NCBI GenBank assembly: GCA_965637545.1
Contig: OZ281497.1
Coordinates: forward strand, 21,018,001 to 21,082,000
Direction: 5' to 3'
DNA length: 64,000 nt
DNA from: Phallusia mammillata
Lineage: Eukaryota
Of the stretch, positions 21,085-34,068 are shown one piece after another. Position numbers and translations under genes: made by a program. Under the pieces are notes generated by a model that saw only the letters and a list, made by a program, of their open reading frames with translations, ran no database searches and was not told the DNA's origin. Every line of letters starts with the position of its first letter. Position 1 is the first letter of the stretch.

Positions 21085-24000
21085 ATGTTGCGTTTTTGGC
21101 AACTTTTCGCTGTTTTGTGTTTGGCCAGTTTGGCTCAGTGCAAACCCAACACGACAGAATCTTTCGCTCACAATGTGGTCCTCGATGCAGGAGAAGTTAT
21201 GACAGTTTATTGGAATTTCAACGACACTTCAATCACATTTGAGGTAAATTATATCGTTTTGAGAATATTTCTAATTTAGGGTGTTTTGTATTTGCTATAA
21301 TGTGAAACTAAGTCCGACTTTTACTGAAGAAGTTAAGGAAGCAAATAACATAATTATTATAATTTTATTATTGCATCTTCAATTGAGTTACTTGTTATAG
21401 AGCTGTTTCCGTGGATCTATTGAACTGTTGCTATTTGTAATTTATAAGTTTGAAAATAAAATTGAATTTGCTTTTTAGATACACGGACGCACAGAGGGAT
21501 GGGTGGGCATTGGTATTTCACCATCTGGAAGCATGGCTAATGCCGATATTATGGTCGGATGGGTAAAAAATGGAGTGGCAACAATTACAGTAAGCGAGTG
21601 TTTTGCTTTGATAATAAAATACAATTACCTCTTATTTACGAATTTGCCATTGACCTAAATAATATTTTGCTGTTTGTTTCCACAAAAATAGTTAAAGTGT
21701 TATTAGAACTACCATACAATTAAAACTAGAAGAAAATTTTTACGTAAGTTGAGACTTTGCTGAGCTATTATGCCATTGACTAAACAATGTTGCTATTTAT
21801 TTTCTTTTTTTTATACAATGAAAGTTCCGCGTTAAACTACATCTTAAAGAAGTAAAGCTGGTGGGAACTAAGCGAGTGGCAATATATCACCGGTTAACAT
21901 ATAAAACAAACAGTAGTAACCAGGCCACCGCTGCGTTATATTGTCCAAAATTAATGTAACCGCCCCATATGTAAACAACACCGAAATTCTTGGACTAACA
22001 AGCTGTTGTGATAAACACACAAGTGGCAACAAATATTTACCAAAGGCTAAAACTACAGCTTAAAAAACAATTGACGCAAAATACATATGTGTTTCTAGTT
22101 TTAAAGACGTTTTGTAATAAAGTTAACAATTTCATTGTTTGTCTGTTTTTGCAACCCAACATTTTAAGATATAATTTATTTTTAGGATCGTCATGGCCAG
22201 AGCGTCAATGGTTACCCACCTCAGGACACAGTTCAGAATGTTGAGTTGTTAGAGGGAATGGAAGTTGATGGTTACACTGTGATAAAGTTTCGACGTTTGC
22301 TGGTCACCTGTGACAGCGAAGACATCGACATAACGGTGTGAAATTGTCTTTAAGTTTCATAATGCTTTTTTGTTTCATAATGCATTAAGTTAATGCTTTA
22401 ATACAAATAATGTTCAAATAAAGGCCGACACGGTAAAAATGATTTACGCCTGGGGACTCACCGATCCTGTTGGAGATGATATAGCTTTTGGGAACGTACA
22501 TGAAGCTTCAAACAAAGGTAGGGTCATTAGCGACTATTAAAATTTAAAATAACAAGCTGTTTCCACTTCAAACTGATATACAGTTGCAGTGACGATTTAT
22601 CTACACCTCTTATATTTTGTACTGTTTTTAGCAACATTTCCTAAACTTGAATCAATTTCGTATTAGGTGTAAAGAGCATTGTGCTGCTCAATCCAGCAGG
22701 AAGTGACGAAGTCATGTTTCCTGAGGGAGAAACCCATTTGACATTTGACCTTGTCAACGACCAATTTCATGTTCCAGCTGAGGATACTTACTACAATTGT
22801 CATTTAATAAAACTACCAGACATGGCAGACAAACATCATTTGGTCAAGGTTGAACAATATTTTTCGTAGCAATAATATATTTCATTAATAAGCGTTTGTT
22901 GTTGTTGTTACAGGTGGAACCCATAATTCAGGCAGGACACGAACTCAACGTTCATCACATGTTGGTTTACCATTGCACTGACGACGCCAATATAGTAAGT
23001 CTGTTAATTGGAAAATTTTTGCTCTCTCATTATAAAAGTCAAATTTAGAAAACGCCAAATACCATTTGTCACAGTCACCAAAATTAGCGCTCTTCATGCT
23101 GGTTGTATGTTGAAACTCGGATGGCTGCATACAATGAGTTAATTTTCACATTAATCACAAAAACGCATGGGCTATAATTTAAACCCATATTTAAACTGAC
23201 CATATTTATTTCAGACTCTAGTGAACGAAGACGCGACATGTTACAGCAGCAATATGCCTGAAGATTTTCACAGCTGCGAGTTTGTTATCATTGCCTGGGC
23301 TATCGGGGGAGGGGTAAGTTAAAATAAAAGTGATGAATATTATCTAGATGTTATAACGCAACGTATTCAGTTTTGGTTTATTGGTTTTCATGACAAGATT
23401 AATGTTTTTTTTTACTCCAGTCCTTCCACTTTCCTAAACATGCTGGATATCCCTTGGGGACGCCAGATGCACCAAAGTATGTCGTATTGGAAACTCACTA
23501 CGACAATCCTGAAATCAAATCAGGTTATACTATGCATATTTAGACATGGTTTAAACCAAAAATTTGTTATTACGTCTATATACAATGTGTTATATCTTGG
23601 TAAATATTGCACATTGAATAATTTTGGATCCCAACGCCATCAGTGGATAACTGAAGAGCAAACTTTATTTAACCTACTCTTCCCTCGCTAGACATTGACG
23701 ACTCTTCTGGCCTGCGATTTATGATAACCATGGCTATTTTATGTTGTTTACTTTACCTCGGTCAAGCAGAAAAGCAGGTGATAAAACCTACATAAAACTT
23801 TTCGTACCAGACATCGTCGACTCTTCTGGCCTACGCTTTCATTACAGCCGTGACCATTTTATGTTGTTTACTATACGGTGTCGCAGAAAGGCAGGTGATA
23901 AAAACTTGGATACTTTTTTTCGTACCAGACATCGTTGACTCTTCTGGCCTGCGCTTTTATTACACTCCTGACTTACGAACGCATGACTCCGGTATAATGG

Positions 24001-26805
24001 AAGTCGGTCACGTGGTCAGTGGTTTTACCGACATCATTCCACCAAACGCTGAAACCTTCCTCGATTACGGCGAATGTACAGAAAACTGCTTAGGATCGGT
24101 AAGCAAAGTTGAACTGCAGCTGTTTGTATATAAAGGTTGGTTAATAGCTAACTTAATGCTAAATCATTTTGTAACGCAGCACATGAAAATGGAAGGCCAG
24201 GACTCTTTGAATGTGTTTGCAGTGTTACTCCACAGTCACTTGCTGGGCAGGGAGCTTACGCTGAAACATGTGAGGTAAAGTCTTTTAGAAAAAAAAGTAT
24301 TTCTAACTGTACTGTAATATGTTGCGGCATAAATACCCCCATCTGTGTAGTCGTTGAACCCATGAGTTTAAATGAATGTGAATTTTGAGTTAAATTAAAA
24401 AAATGTTTTAGAAATGGCACAGAGCTTCCGTACTTGGCCAAAGATTCTTCGTACGACTTCAACTTTCAAGAGACTCGATTTTTATCGGAAGAGCGAGTGC
24501 TTAATCAAGGCGATTCTATGCAGATGATTTGCAACTACAATTCTCTTGACAGATCCACAGTCACATTGGTAATCACATAAAAGTTTTTTTAGGATATTTT
24601 ATCCAAGGACTCTTGGTACAAAGACATGGTACAAAAACCGAATTAGGGTTTTTAAAACAGCAATGAAGTGACCACGAATTTCATTTTTATTTTTGTTGTC
24701 AAGTACACAGTCGATGTAAAAATACACGTGTATAATGAGCTCCCGACTGATTTCGCTACCATGTAAGGTTGAACTAGACGCTTTATCCTTTGACCTAAGG
24801 GTCGGCAACCGTCGGACCGCGGTCCGGTACCGGTCCGCGACGAGTTAGTTACCGGGCGGAATAGTTTTTCAGGTTAATAGCTTTTTTGCCCAAATATCCC
24901 GGGGATGCTAAACTAATTTATGCGTTTTATTGATAAACATTTGAAGTTTTTTTGAGGCCGTACCGCGATAAAATTTTAGTTTCAAAAACAGTCCGTAGTA
25001 CAAAAAAAGGTTGCCGACCCCTGCTTTAACCGATTACACATTTCTTGTTGTTCTCATTTTAGGGTGGTCTATCGACCAGTGAAGAGATGTGTTTATCCTA
25101 TGTGTATTACTATCCCAAAATGTCTTTGGGATTTTGTGAAAGCGAGGCGGATTTATTTCTACTGCTACAGCACTTTGGTATCGCCATGGTGAGGTAAAGT
25201 ATAAACTTTTTACAAAAAAAATGTAAAGTTTGTAGCTGTTGTAAGTCGATTCGGTCTTTTCGGATTCGAGTTTGAGTTTAAAAAACGAGCTTGATCCGAG
25301 CATTACTTTTCATTCGGCATCTTTTTTTCTGCCCTTGTACTAACCTACGGGCCAGATTCGTGTTTTTTAAAGATCAGTGGTTCTGACCTGGTGTCGGGCT
25401 TTAGGTTTGACGCTTGGTGCGGACCCCAATCTCAGGCACTCTTCCAACTCCAGTTTAAAGGAGAAAATTTTACTACAAGCGTATTTATACCATATCTGGA
25501 GGTTTTTATACCATATCTGGAGGCTATAAAAACAACATTTTTTTATTTAAGCTATGTTGGCGAAGCTTTAGTTCCTGGTATGAAGAACTTGAAAATCGAA
25601 TCTCCCCCCGAAATCGCGAATCAAACTGTGTGGGAATATCTCAACACGGTAAAGTATAGTTGTGTAACATGACTGATTGTCTTTTATAAAGATCATTTCA
25701 GAAACCGTTCTGACAACGAGAAAAAATCTTTGGCAAAGCTGATAAAGTAACATTGTACATTTGGCTCGAGGACCAGTCTTACAATTTGGGCACTATACCC
25801 CTGCGGACGCATAAAACACCTTATATTTTTAGCTTAATTGGGATGAAGCATCGGCCGACGATTTTGGAGTAGCAGCTCAACTGATGTTTAGAAGTCAAAA
25901 ATGCTATTCAACCAAATACAGTCCTGTGGAGGTTGGTGATCGATGATTGTTTATCCTTGATATTGTAGGCACGCTTGTTTCACGTCCGTTTATTTCGACA
26001 CACTGAATAGAATGAAGCGAGCACACAATCCAACATCGCAAGTATTGTCGCGAGTCGCGTGTCGCGTGTAATTTAAAGATACGCTACAATATGTTCAATT
26101 TATTAACTACTTGTGTTTGTTATTTTAAACTGATCATTACAGATTTACAGATTTGATCCAGTCTGTGATATATGAATAGATTGTTTTAACGGACTAACGA
26201 TTCAAAATGTTTATCGAAAAGAAAACCTCGATTCCTAAAGAGGACACTGCTGCATGAATAATGTATTACTTTATAAAAACAGCCCTTTCCTAACACTAAA
26301 AACTATTTGTTACGTTCTAGCTTCCAAAGCACTATCTGATTTTACATTTGGACTGGGCTTATAATATGACTCCTTAAAAAATGTGTTTCAAACCGAAGAG
26401 TTTTTTGGTTAAACCTCTTCACATTCTTAGGTTGAACGAAATTGGCCTCCACTGATAATCGATAATCCTTACGTGGAGACCGCAATCAACTGTACTCAAG
26501 CTCCGACCAACGCACCAACTGACCCTCCAACTGATAAACCCACTGACCCTCCAACTGATAAACCAACTGACCCTCCAACTGATAAACCAACTGACCCTCC
26601 AACTGATAAACCAACCGACCCTCAGACTGATAAACCAACTGACCCTCCAACTGACACACCAGACGATGCAACAACTATGAATCCAACATCCATGACTCCG
26701 ATTCAAGAAGAGGAAACAACCAGTGCTGCTGCAAAGTTAAATTTCACTTATTCCTTTGTTATTGTATTAGTAGCAGCGTTCTTGCAAAATATTAACGGTG
26801 TTTAA
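21085..26805 (+). CDS. MOXD1: DBH-like monooxygenase (MOXD1-like) copy C, intact, 15 exons, about 700 aa, long TDKP/TDPP stalk
   Basis: Exons 21085-21243, 21479-21589, 22186-22335, 22424-22517, 22667-22848, 22914-22994, 23215-23313, 23421-23523, 23929-24098, 24180-24274, 24412-24568, 25063-25193, 25552-25648, 25833-25931, 26431-26805; all GT-AG and in frame. Copper ligands VHH, ETHY, HSH, EEMC; hydrophobic C-terminal tail. Confidence 0.93.
23692..23965 (+). repeat. Approximately 119-bp tandem triplication of the intron 8 3' end plus the start of exon 9 in copy C
   Basis: AG|ACAT(T/C)G..ACTCTTCTGGCCT occurs at 23692, 23811 and 23929. Confidence 0.85.
24796..25023. mobile_element. hAT-type MITE
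   Basis: TIR (T)AAGGGTCGGCAACC / GGTTGCCGACCCCTG; flanks CTTTGACC / CTTTAACC; same family as 32822-33042. Confidence 0.85.
26515..26661 (+). repeat. 24-bp coding tandem repeat (TDPPTDKP)n, about 6 units
   Basis: ACTGACCCTCCAACTGATAAACCA units in the last exon of copy C. Confidence 0.95.
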
Positions 26806-27785
26806 CTTGAATACCAAGAGTGGCAGAAAAGAGCAATGCAAATTTGCTGCTGTTTGATTGCTTGTTTTACTTTACACGTCACAACTGTAATGCCACTTTT
26901 TTGTTGCTAAAAGATACATTTTGCCACGCGTTTACTCACCCCTAATCATCAGTGTGAAATAAATTTTAAAAAGAAATTCCTTTGCGTATTTTGAAATAGG
27001 AAAATGCGAACAAGGTGGAAATTCCTTTGTGTTGTGGCATTTTGTGCAGTTAGTAAAGTCAGTATAAGCCTAGTTTGAAATGTTTATGTGTGTTTCAAAG
27101 TACTGTATTACATTGTCAATTCCGAGGTGGTTTGTCGAGATTTCGGAGTGAAGCTTGACATTTAGTTTGACATATTAATATAGCACTAGATATTTGACAT
27201 CGTTTACCCAGGTTTTTTTGACAAAAACAAAACCAATAGGTAAATTCGAAATGTGACACAAAGAGGAAAACCAAAAAAGCCAATAAAACTTGTTGCAAAA
27301 ACGTTACTGATCCACCTGGGACCCATCACGAAAATCGTTTGCACGAAAATCGTTTGCAAACACACAATAACAGGCGAACTCCAAACAAAAAACTTTGTCT
27401 TTCGTTTTCTTTGCTCACAGTTTTGAATTTTATATCTTTCTTCAACACAAATACCAGTGGCACCAACCGCCTATATTCCTGCATCTGTATATGACAGTGG
27501 TAAAATTTGCAAGATGGAAAACAGTGACGACGGATTTTTTTGCCGGTCGGCGCAGAAACAATACTTTATGTAGGCGGGCACAGGGATCACAATGCGGGTG
27601 TCATTGACTAGTCTACCAACTAGTAGCTACTACCAACTCCCGACAGAAGCAATGTTTTACAAACAACTTAGGCAATAAATATTTCAGAATCATCACTCAA
27701 CTGTTTTTAAGGAATATCCATATTTATGTCAATTTAAATGTTCATTGTCTTAAAATGTACGTTCAAAGACGAAATTAAATGAAGC

Positions 27786-27850
27786 AATGTTTTTAGGAAT
27801 GAATGGAGCTTTCGCATCTTACCAAGGATAAAACTTTCAAGACTCGATTT
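27786..27850 (+). pseudogene. Degenerate remnant of a MOXD1-like exon 11
   Basis: AATGTTTTTAG|GAATG..GAGCTT..CCAAGGAT..AACTTTCAAGACTCGATTT aligns by eye, with deletions, to the acceptor and first half of exon 11 of copies C and E. Confidence 0.5.
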
Positions 27851-29068
27851 AGGACGATTTAATGCTGATGGTACGCAAATTTTATACATTCAGAAAACCC
27901 GGTGTCACACTAGTCGATGCCTCTATTAAATAGATCACCGCAAATGCGGAAAATGACAATTTTAAAACGTCTCTGTTCCTAAAAGGTATATTGAGTCTTT
28001 TGTTAATTTGTTGCTAGTAAGACTAGTGCTAATTTAGATATTTAAAAAAATATTATGCTTTTATGTTTAGAAAATAAGATGCTATTATTTCAGAAAGATC
28101 ACCGAACAGTTCAAAACACTTCAATGGAAATGAATCTCACGAAAGTGCAACTATACGTCGCTGACGAAACCCTTACGTAAACGCCTTAATATATCAGTTA
28201 TTGTAGGAATCAAACGCATCGCAAGAACAAAGAACATCTTTCATCGTTTCATCTTTCATTTGTCCTTTTGTATTACTCACCCAAGACAAACATGTTCAAT
28301 TGGACCAAAAATTTAACAGTTTAATGACCGGATCTTTAAAACGCCCACGACATGCCGTTGACATTTCAAAACAATTGTGAAATACTTTATAGCTTCGTTG
28401 CACTGTCCATTTCAACATAAGTACGTACCTTACATTTTGGGTATGAAAATAAAAAAATAAGTGTTTATAGTTTTTTATAAGTTTACGGCCTGCTTTACGC
28501 GTTTTGTTACATTGAGGTAGTTTAAGGCAGTCGATTTTCAATGTAGGCCAAGTTCGTTCAATCTGGAGACGCTGAGACTGAAACGCAAAACGGCTTTTGA
28601 TCATAGCTTACAGCAGACTAAACATATTTTTGTCGGAATGTATTGCTTTTAGAGTCACTTAAAGGTAAACTTTTATGGCATTTTTAAACGGTGTAGACTG
28701 ATGTGAAACTGACCTACTGGTTTATTCTCACTTTTAATTTAAAACCTGTTGTAATGATTATGGTGATCACTATTTCGGACAGAGAATTGTCGTATATCTA
28801 CCCAAAGTGTTTGTACTGCTAAAAAGACATAGGGAACATATCGATACCTAACGAAACTAGATTTAGAGCTACATAGATATTAGACTCTGATTTTTCTGCT
28901 ATTTTACTTGTACACAGTCAACCTCAGTTACATAAGAAAGGCTTAAAGGTTTATGATGAATTTGTTATTAATTTTTAGGTGGTTTACAATATTGGGACAC
29001 ATTGATAAAATGCACAGCCGAACTAACTGTGAAAATTGAAAATTAAATTACGGCAATTGGTGCTTAAA

Positions 29069-32000
29069 TTAAATCCCGTTGATATTTTGATAACCGGCAA
29101 ATGCAAACACAATCACAGTGTAATGCATGATATTAAATTTTACAGCAGAGCTGGTCGTTTCTTCAGCCGGGGTGCCAGTGGGACAGTTGTGTGTGGTTTC
29201 CTCGTATGGAAAGTCAATCTTTAACGCAGGCCAGGTTTCCTTAACCTACAAACATACAGAAATGTAAACAAACTAAACTAAACTAAACGATCCAATGATT
29301 AAAATAAATGTATTTTAGACGATATAATCAGTTGACCAGAAAAAACAAAGCATTGCAAACAACGCATGGTATTAAATTGTTTTTTTTTTGTGTGTGTGTT
29401 TGCAGTAAATGAATACTTATAAAGAGTTGTGCAAGTGACAGTGACACTTTTTAAAACAAACCCTTACATTCGGAAGACTACTCTTGGAGGAATAACAATA
29501 TTGAGTTCTCATCATCAACTTGGCTGCTGAACTAAAGTCGTCGGCCGATGTTTTATTCCAATTTAGCTAAAAAACGTATAGTTTAGTTTGTTTGAAACTT
29601 CTTCCCCTATAAAGGTAACATTCATTCATATTAAAAAATTTGATGAATTTTGATTGATCTGCAAAAAAAATACATGCGAACCAAACCTAATGATTGGTTG
29701 CAACTTTGAAGACAACTTACTGAGTTTAGCACTTCCAACACAGTTTGATTGGCGTATTTCATGGGTGCTTCAACCAACAAAGACTGTAACCTGACCTCAC
29801 CTACATTCCTTTAAACACAAAATTAAAAACCAGAAGTGAATGCGATACTTTGAGAACAAGTGCTTTGTGTGTTCAAGCACGGTCCTAAATATTCTTAGCA
29901 AGAAACTACAAGTCAAATAGTTGCATAAAACATTACAACGTTTCAAAGTTTATCACTGTCATCGACAGGTAGAATAGGGATATAACTTGGTTCTGCACAG
30001 CTGAAAACGGGGAGGTGACACAACATTGCAAATAAAAGTAATTAGGGTGGGAAAAACGCATGTAAATTAAAGACTTTGTTTTACCTCACTGAGCCAATTC
30101 CAAAGTACTCCAAAAGTTCAGAAAACATTGGTTCGGTCTTACAGCCTCTCAACGTTATTTTTGGATAGTAGAAGACGTAAGATAAACACATCTCTTCTTT
30201 AGTTGATAGTCCACCCTTAAAACGGAAAACAAGACTGATGTTGTCAACATTACCGTTTTGATTTTATCGTCGGGCAGCATCAAAATAAATAGTTTTTACA
30301 TCATATTACACCGAAAAAATATAGAATAAACTTTTATTTCCGATTTTGTACTGCAATAATATTAACAACTTTATTGTATGAAACCCTTCCCTTCGCACTC
30401 AAAAAGACCTCAAAAAGCTTGTTGGCGACTTACTAGAGTAAAGTCGGATTTTCCAAGAGAGTTGTAATTGCAAATCATCTGCATTGAATCGCCGTGTTTA
30501 ACCTCACGTTCCTCCAACAAAACTCGAGTTTCTTGAAAGTTGAAGTCGTATGAAGAATCCTTGGCTAAGTACGGAAGTTCCGTACCATTCCTGAAAATAT
30601 TTGCTTCAAACTCCTAAAGGCTATAAGTTCGCGGGTTTACTCAAAATGCGCTCTCTTTGTTGTAAGCATAGCGTTTCAAATAAATCACGTAGCTTTTACC
30701 TTTAACCCACAATTGCGCCCCCTACATTTTGCACCTTAACATTTCATAACATTCTAATGTTGAGATGAACATAAGATGAACATATATATAAATTCATAAC
30801 TGGGATCAGCCCTAAAGCGTCCCGGAAAGACTCCTGTCGTGGATTCGAATCCCACCGCAGGCTAGATTTTTCTAGCCTACGCCGTGCCATATGGTGATGA
30901 ATGCTTGGTGACCGGCTGATTCGGTATGACGCCTTTAATGGGCCTGGCGTACTGTGATTTACATTCTAATGTAGCACATTTTTTTATTATTGTCAACGAA
31001 AAAGGTTTTAAAAATGTCTAATAAAGTTTACAATTATAGAAGTATTTAGGCCTATACACAAAACACCACAATGACAACTATAGGCTAGACTAATTACATA
31101 GGTCCAGAAATAATTACCTCACATGTCTCAGGGTAAGTTTCCTGCCTAACAGGTGACTGTGCAGAAATACTGCAAATACATTTATAGATGATTGTCCTTC
31201 CGCCTCCATACGCTGCGTATAAGTAAGATTTTATTGACACATTAGCCTTCTCACGACCAACGACAATATAATTTTGCGTACTGATCCTAGACAGTTTTCC
31301 GTGCACTCGCCGTAAGCGGAAAAGGACTCAACATTAGGTGGAATGAGATGAGTTATTCCTGAAAGGTGGTGTCCAACTGGAAGTATGCCGGAATCGTGCT
31401 CGCGCAGGTCGGGCGTGTAATAAAAGCGGAATCCGGAAGAGTCAACGATGTCTAGTATGATAAGCGTAAGTTCAAGCATGGGGGAAGTAATCAACACTAT
31501 AAACCAGAGTTGTAAACGGGCTTGAAATTGGAGTCTGAACCCGGCCTAAACCCGAAACAACAAGCCCAAACCCGGCCCGAAAGCCCGACCCGACTTATAA
31601 CTCTGCTATAAACTGCTTGTTCAGTGTACACAAGCCTACGTCAAACTTCAAGATTATAAACTTCAGTTACTACTTTTAAGTTGTGTGTAAAGCTTTTAAG
31701 GATGGGGTACTAAACGGCTTTTCACCACACACTAGCCTGGTTTGAATTCAGGATTGTCATAATGAGTTTCCAATACGACATATTTTGGTGCATCTGGAGT
31801 TCCCAACGGATAGCCAGCATGTTTAGGAAAGTGAAAGGCCTGAAGCAAAAAAAATGAGCGCAAACACATTAATTAAATTTCAGCCAATCGGTAAAAAACT
31901 GTAAACAAGTAAGTGAGTGCATATCAAAGAAATGCTTCAACTTACCCCTCCTCCTATAGCCCAGGCATAAATAACAGTCTGACAATTGTGGAAATCTTCT

Positions 32001-34068
32001 GGCATATTGTTTGTAAAACATTTGACGCTTTCATCAACATGGGTCTAAAATAGTTAAAACCATGTCAGTGTCCTTCAGTTTTTCTAAGTGCGCTACATTT
32101 GTAATGTTTCGCTGTGAATATTCCATTAATGCAGTAGTTTTCAAACTGTGCGTCGCGACGCCCTGGTGCGTCGTTTCAACTTTCCAAGGGCGTCGCAAAA
32201 TGTTTCCGTTTTGTGGCTTTTTGTTGTTGTATCAATAAACCTAACTTTAATAATAATTTTCCTCATTAACTTTTATATGCTGGTGGGTCGCAAGTTCAGA
32301 AAACTTTTCCAGGAGCGTCGCAACAAAAAAAAAGTTTGAAAATCACTACATTAATGGCATACAATGTTTGTGAAAGTTAAGAAAACCACACAAAAAAAAC
32401 AATAGACTACTTTATTTGCGTCGTCGGTGCAATGGTAAACCAGCATGTGATGGACATTGAGTTCGTGTCCTTTCTGGATTATGGGCTCTACCTATACCAA
32501 CAATAAACACATAAAATTATATTTTAGCTTAGAAATAATAAAAAAAGTTTGCCAACCTTGACCAAGTGATGTTTTTGTGGCATGTCTGGTATCTTCAGTA
32601 AATGGCAATTGTAATAGGTGTCCACAGCTGGAACATGAAAGTTGTCAGTGACAAGGTCAAATGACAAATAGTTTTTTTCCTCCGGCAACATGCTTTCCTC
32701 ACTTCCAGGTGAGTTAAGCAACAGCATGCTCTTGACACCTAAAATGTGACGGACAGTAATTTATTTGAGTAAAACACAAACTTACAAGCTGTTTTAACTG
32801 TGGTAAGCGACGAATTTAACACAGTGGTCGGCAACCGCCGGTCCGCGGCCCGGTACCGGTCCGCGGGGAGTTCGTTACCGGGCCGTATAATTTTTCAGGT
32901 TAAATGCCATGAACATTTTGCCCATGTATTCCGGGGATGATAAACCAATTTAAGCGTTTTTATTGCTAAATATTTGTAGTTTTTTATGACCGGTCCGCGG
33001 TAAAATTTTACTTTTAAAAGCGGTCCGCGGTACAAAAAAGGTATCAAACAAAACGATGCAGAAGCCTATCAAATGAAATTTCCAAATACACACTGCCACT
33101 GTGTTTAAGAAAAGTCTATGTAATATGACAGGCAGAAACTAATTATCAAAGCTCCTGATTGTCTTACCTCTATTCGCAGCTCCGTGTTGATCGTCAAAAT
33201 GTAGATCATCTTCAGTAGGATCATTTACTCCCCAGGCGTATATCATTCTTATCGTGTCGGTCTAGAATTCACCCACAAAGTTACGCAACGACTATTTATT
33301 TTATCAACTTCTTTAACTTTAATAATCAACAATATAAAGATATCTAAACAGTAAACTTGCACAGCCAAGATTACAAGACACAAGTGCAAACCGTTATATC
33401 AACATCTTCACTGTCACAGGTGACAAGCAGACGTCGAAACTTGATCAGAGTGTAACCATCGACTTCCATTCCCTCCAACAACTCAACATTCTTAACTGTG
33501 TCCTGAGATGGGTAACCGTTGGTTTGCCCGCCATGGCGATCCTGAAAAATAATTGGTTTATAAGAAGACAGTAAAGCATAGGCATTGAGATGCAATAGTA
33601 GAAATTGTACATGTTCCTAAATACAATATGTCTGCTTACCGTAATAGTCACTCCGTTTTTCACCCATCCGACTATAATGTCAGCATTGGCCATGCTTCCT
33701 GTCGGTGAAAAACCGATTCCTACCCATCCCTCGGTGTGTCCGTGTATCTAAAATAGGCGTAGCATATTACTGAATCATAGCAGAACAGAACATACGTTGC
33801 AGGTAACAAAATCTATTGTTTTGCTGAACTTGGTATGAGTATCAATTATTGTCACCTGCAGTTATATACAATAGAGTACAAAATATGTTAAAAATCCAAA
33901 TCCACTCACCTCAAAAGTAATGGTTGTATCGGTAAAACTCCAATATAATTTCATAACTTCGCCTTCGTCGAGAACCACGTCATGAGTAAAAGTCTCTGTC
34001 GTATTAGGTTGGCATTGTGCCAAGGTGATCAACCACAAAATAGCGAAAAGTTGCCACCAATACCACAT
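29069..34068 (-). CDS. MOXD1: DBH-like monooxygenase (MOXD1-like) copy D, intact, 15 exons, about 630 aa, shortest stalk; intron 8 has a GC donor
   Basis: Exons 34068-33910, 33747-33640, 33541-33392, 33261-33168, 32738-32557, 32491-32411, 32044-31946, 31839-31737, 31451-31282, 31212-31118, 30590-30434, 30215-30085, 29808-29721, 29566-29468, 29245-29069; ligands VHH, ETHY, HSH, KEEMC. Confidence 0.9.
30799..30957 (+). repeat. tRNA-derived SINE-like fragment
   Basis: B-box-like GGATTCGAATCCC at 30841-30853, followed by a tail shared with 20401-20505. Confidence 0.55.
31505..31605. mobile_element. 101-bp hAT-type MITE
   Basis: TIR CAGAGTTGTAA / TTATAACTCTG; perfect 8-bp TSD CTATAAAC. Confidence 0.85.
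32132..32348. mobile_element. hAT-type MITE
   Basis: Imperfect TIR CAGTAGTTTTCAAACT / AGTTTGAAAATCACTA; perfect 8-bp TSD CATTAATG. Confidence 0.85.
32822..33042. mobile_element. hAT-type MITE, right TIR lost
   Basis: Colinear with 24796-25023 (CAGTGGTCGGCAACC..GGTACCGGTCCGCG..TACAAAAAAGGT). Confidence 0.75.

Noticed and set aside
26419-26706. Minus-strand ORF with WRVSWFIS repeats
   Set aside because: Antisense shadow of the TDPPTDKP coding repeat.
30799-30870. tRNA gene
   Set aside because: Only a B-box/T-arm-like motif; no A-box or cloverleaf could be built, so it is treated as SINE-like.
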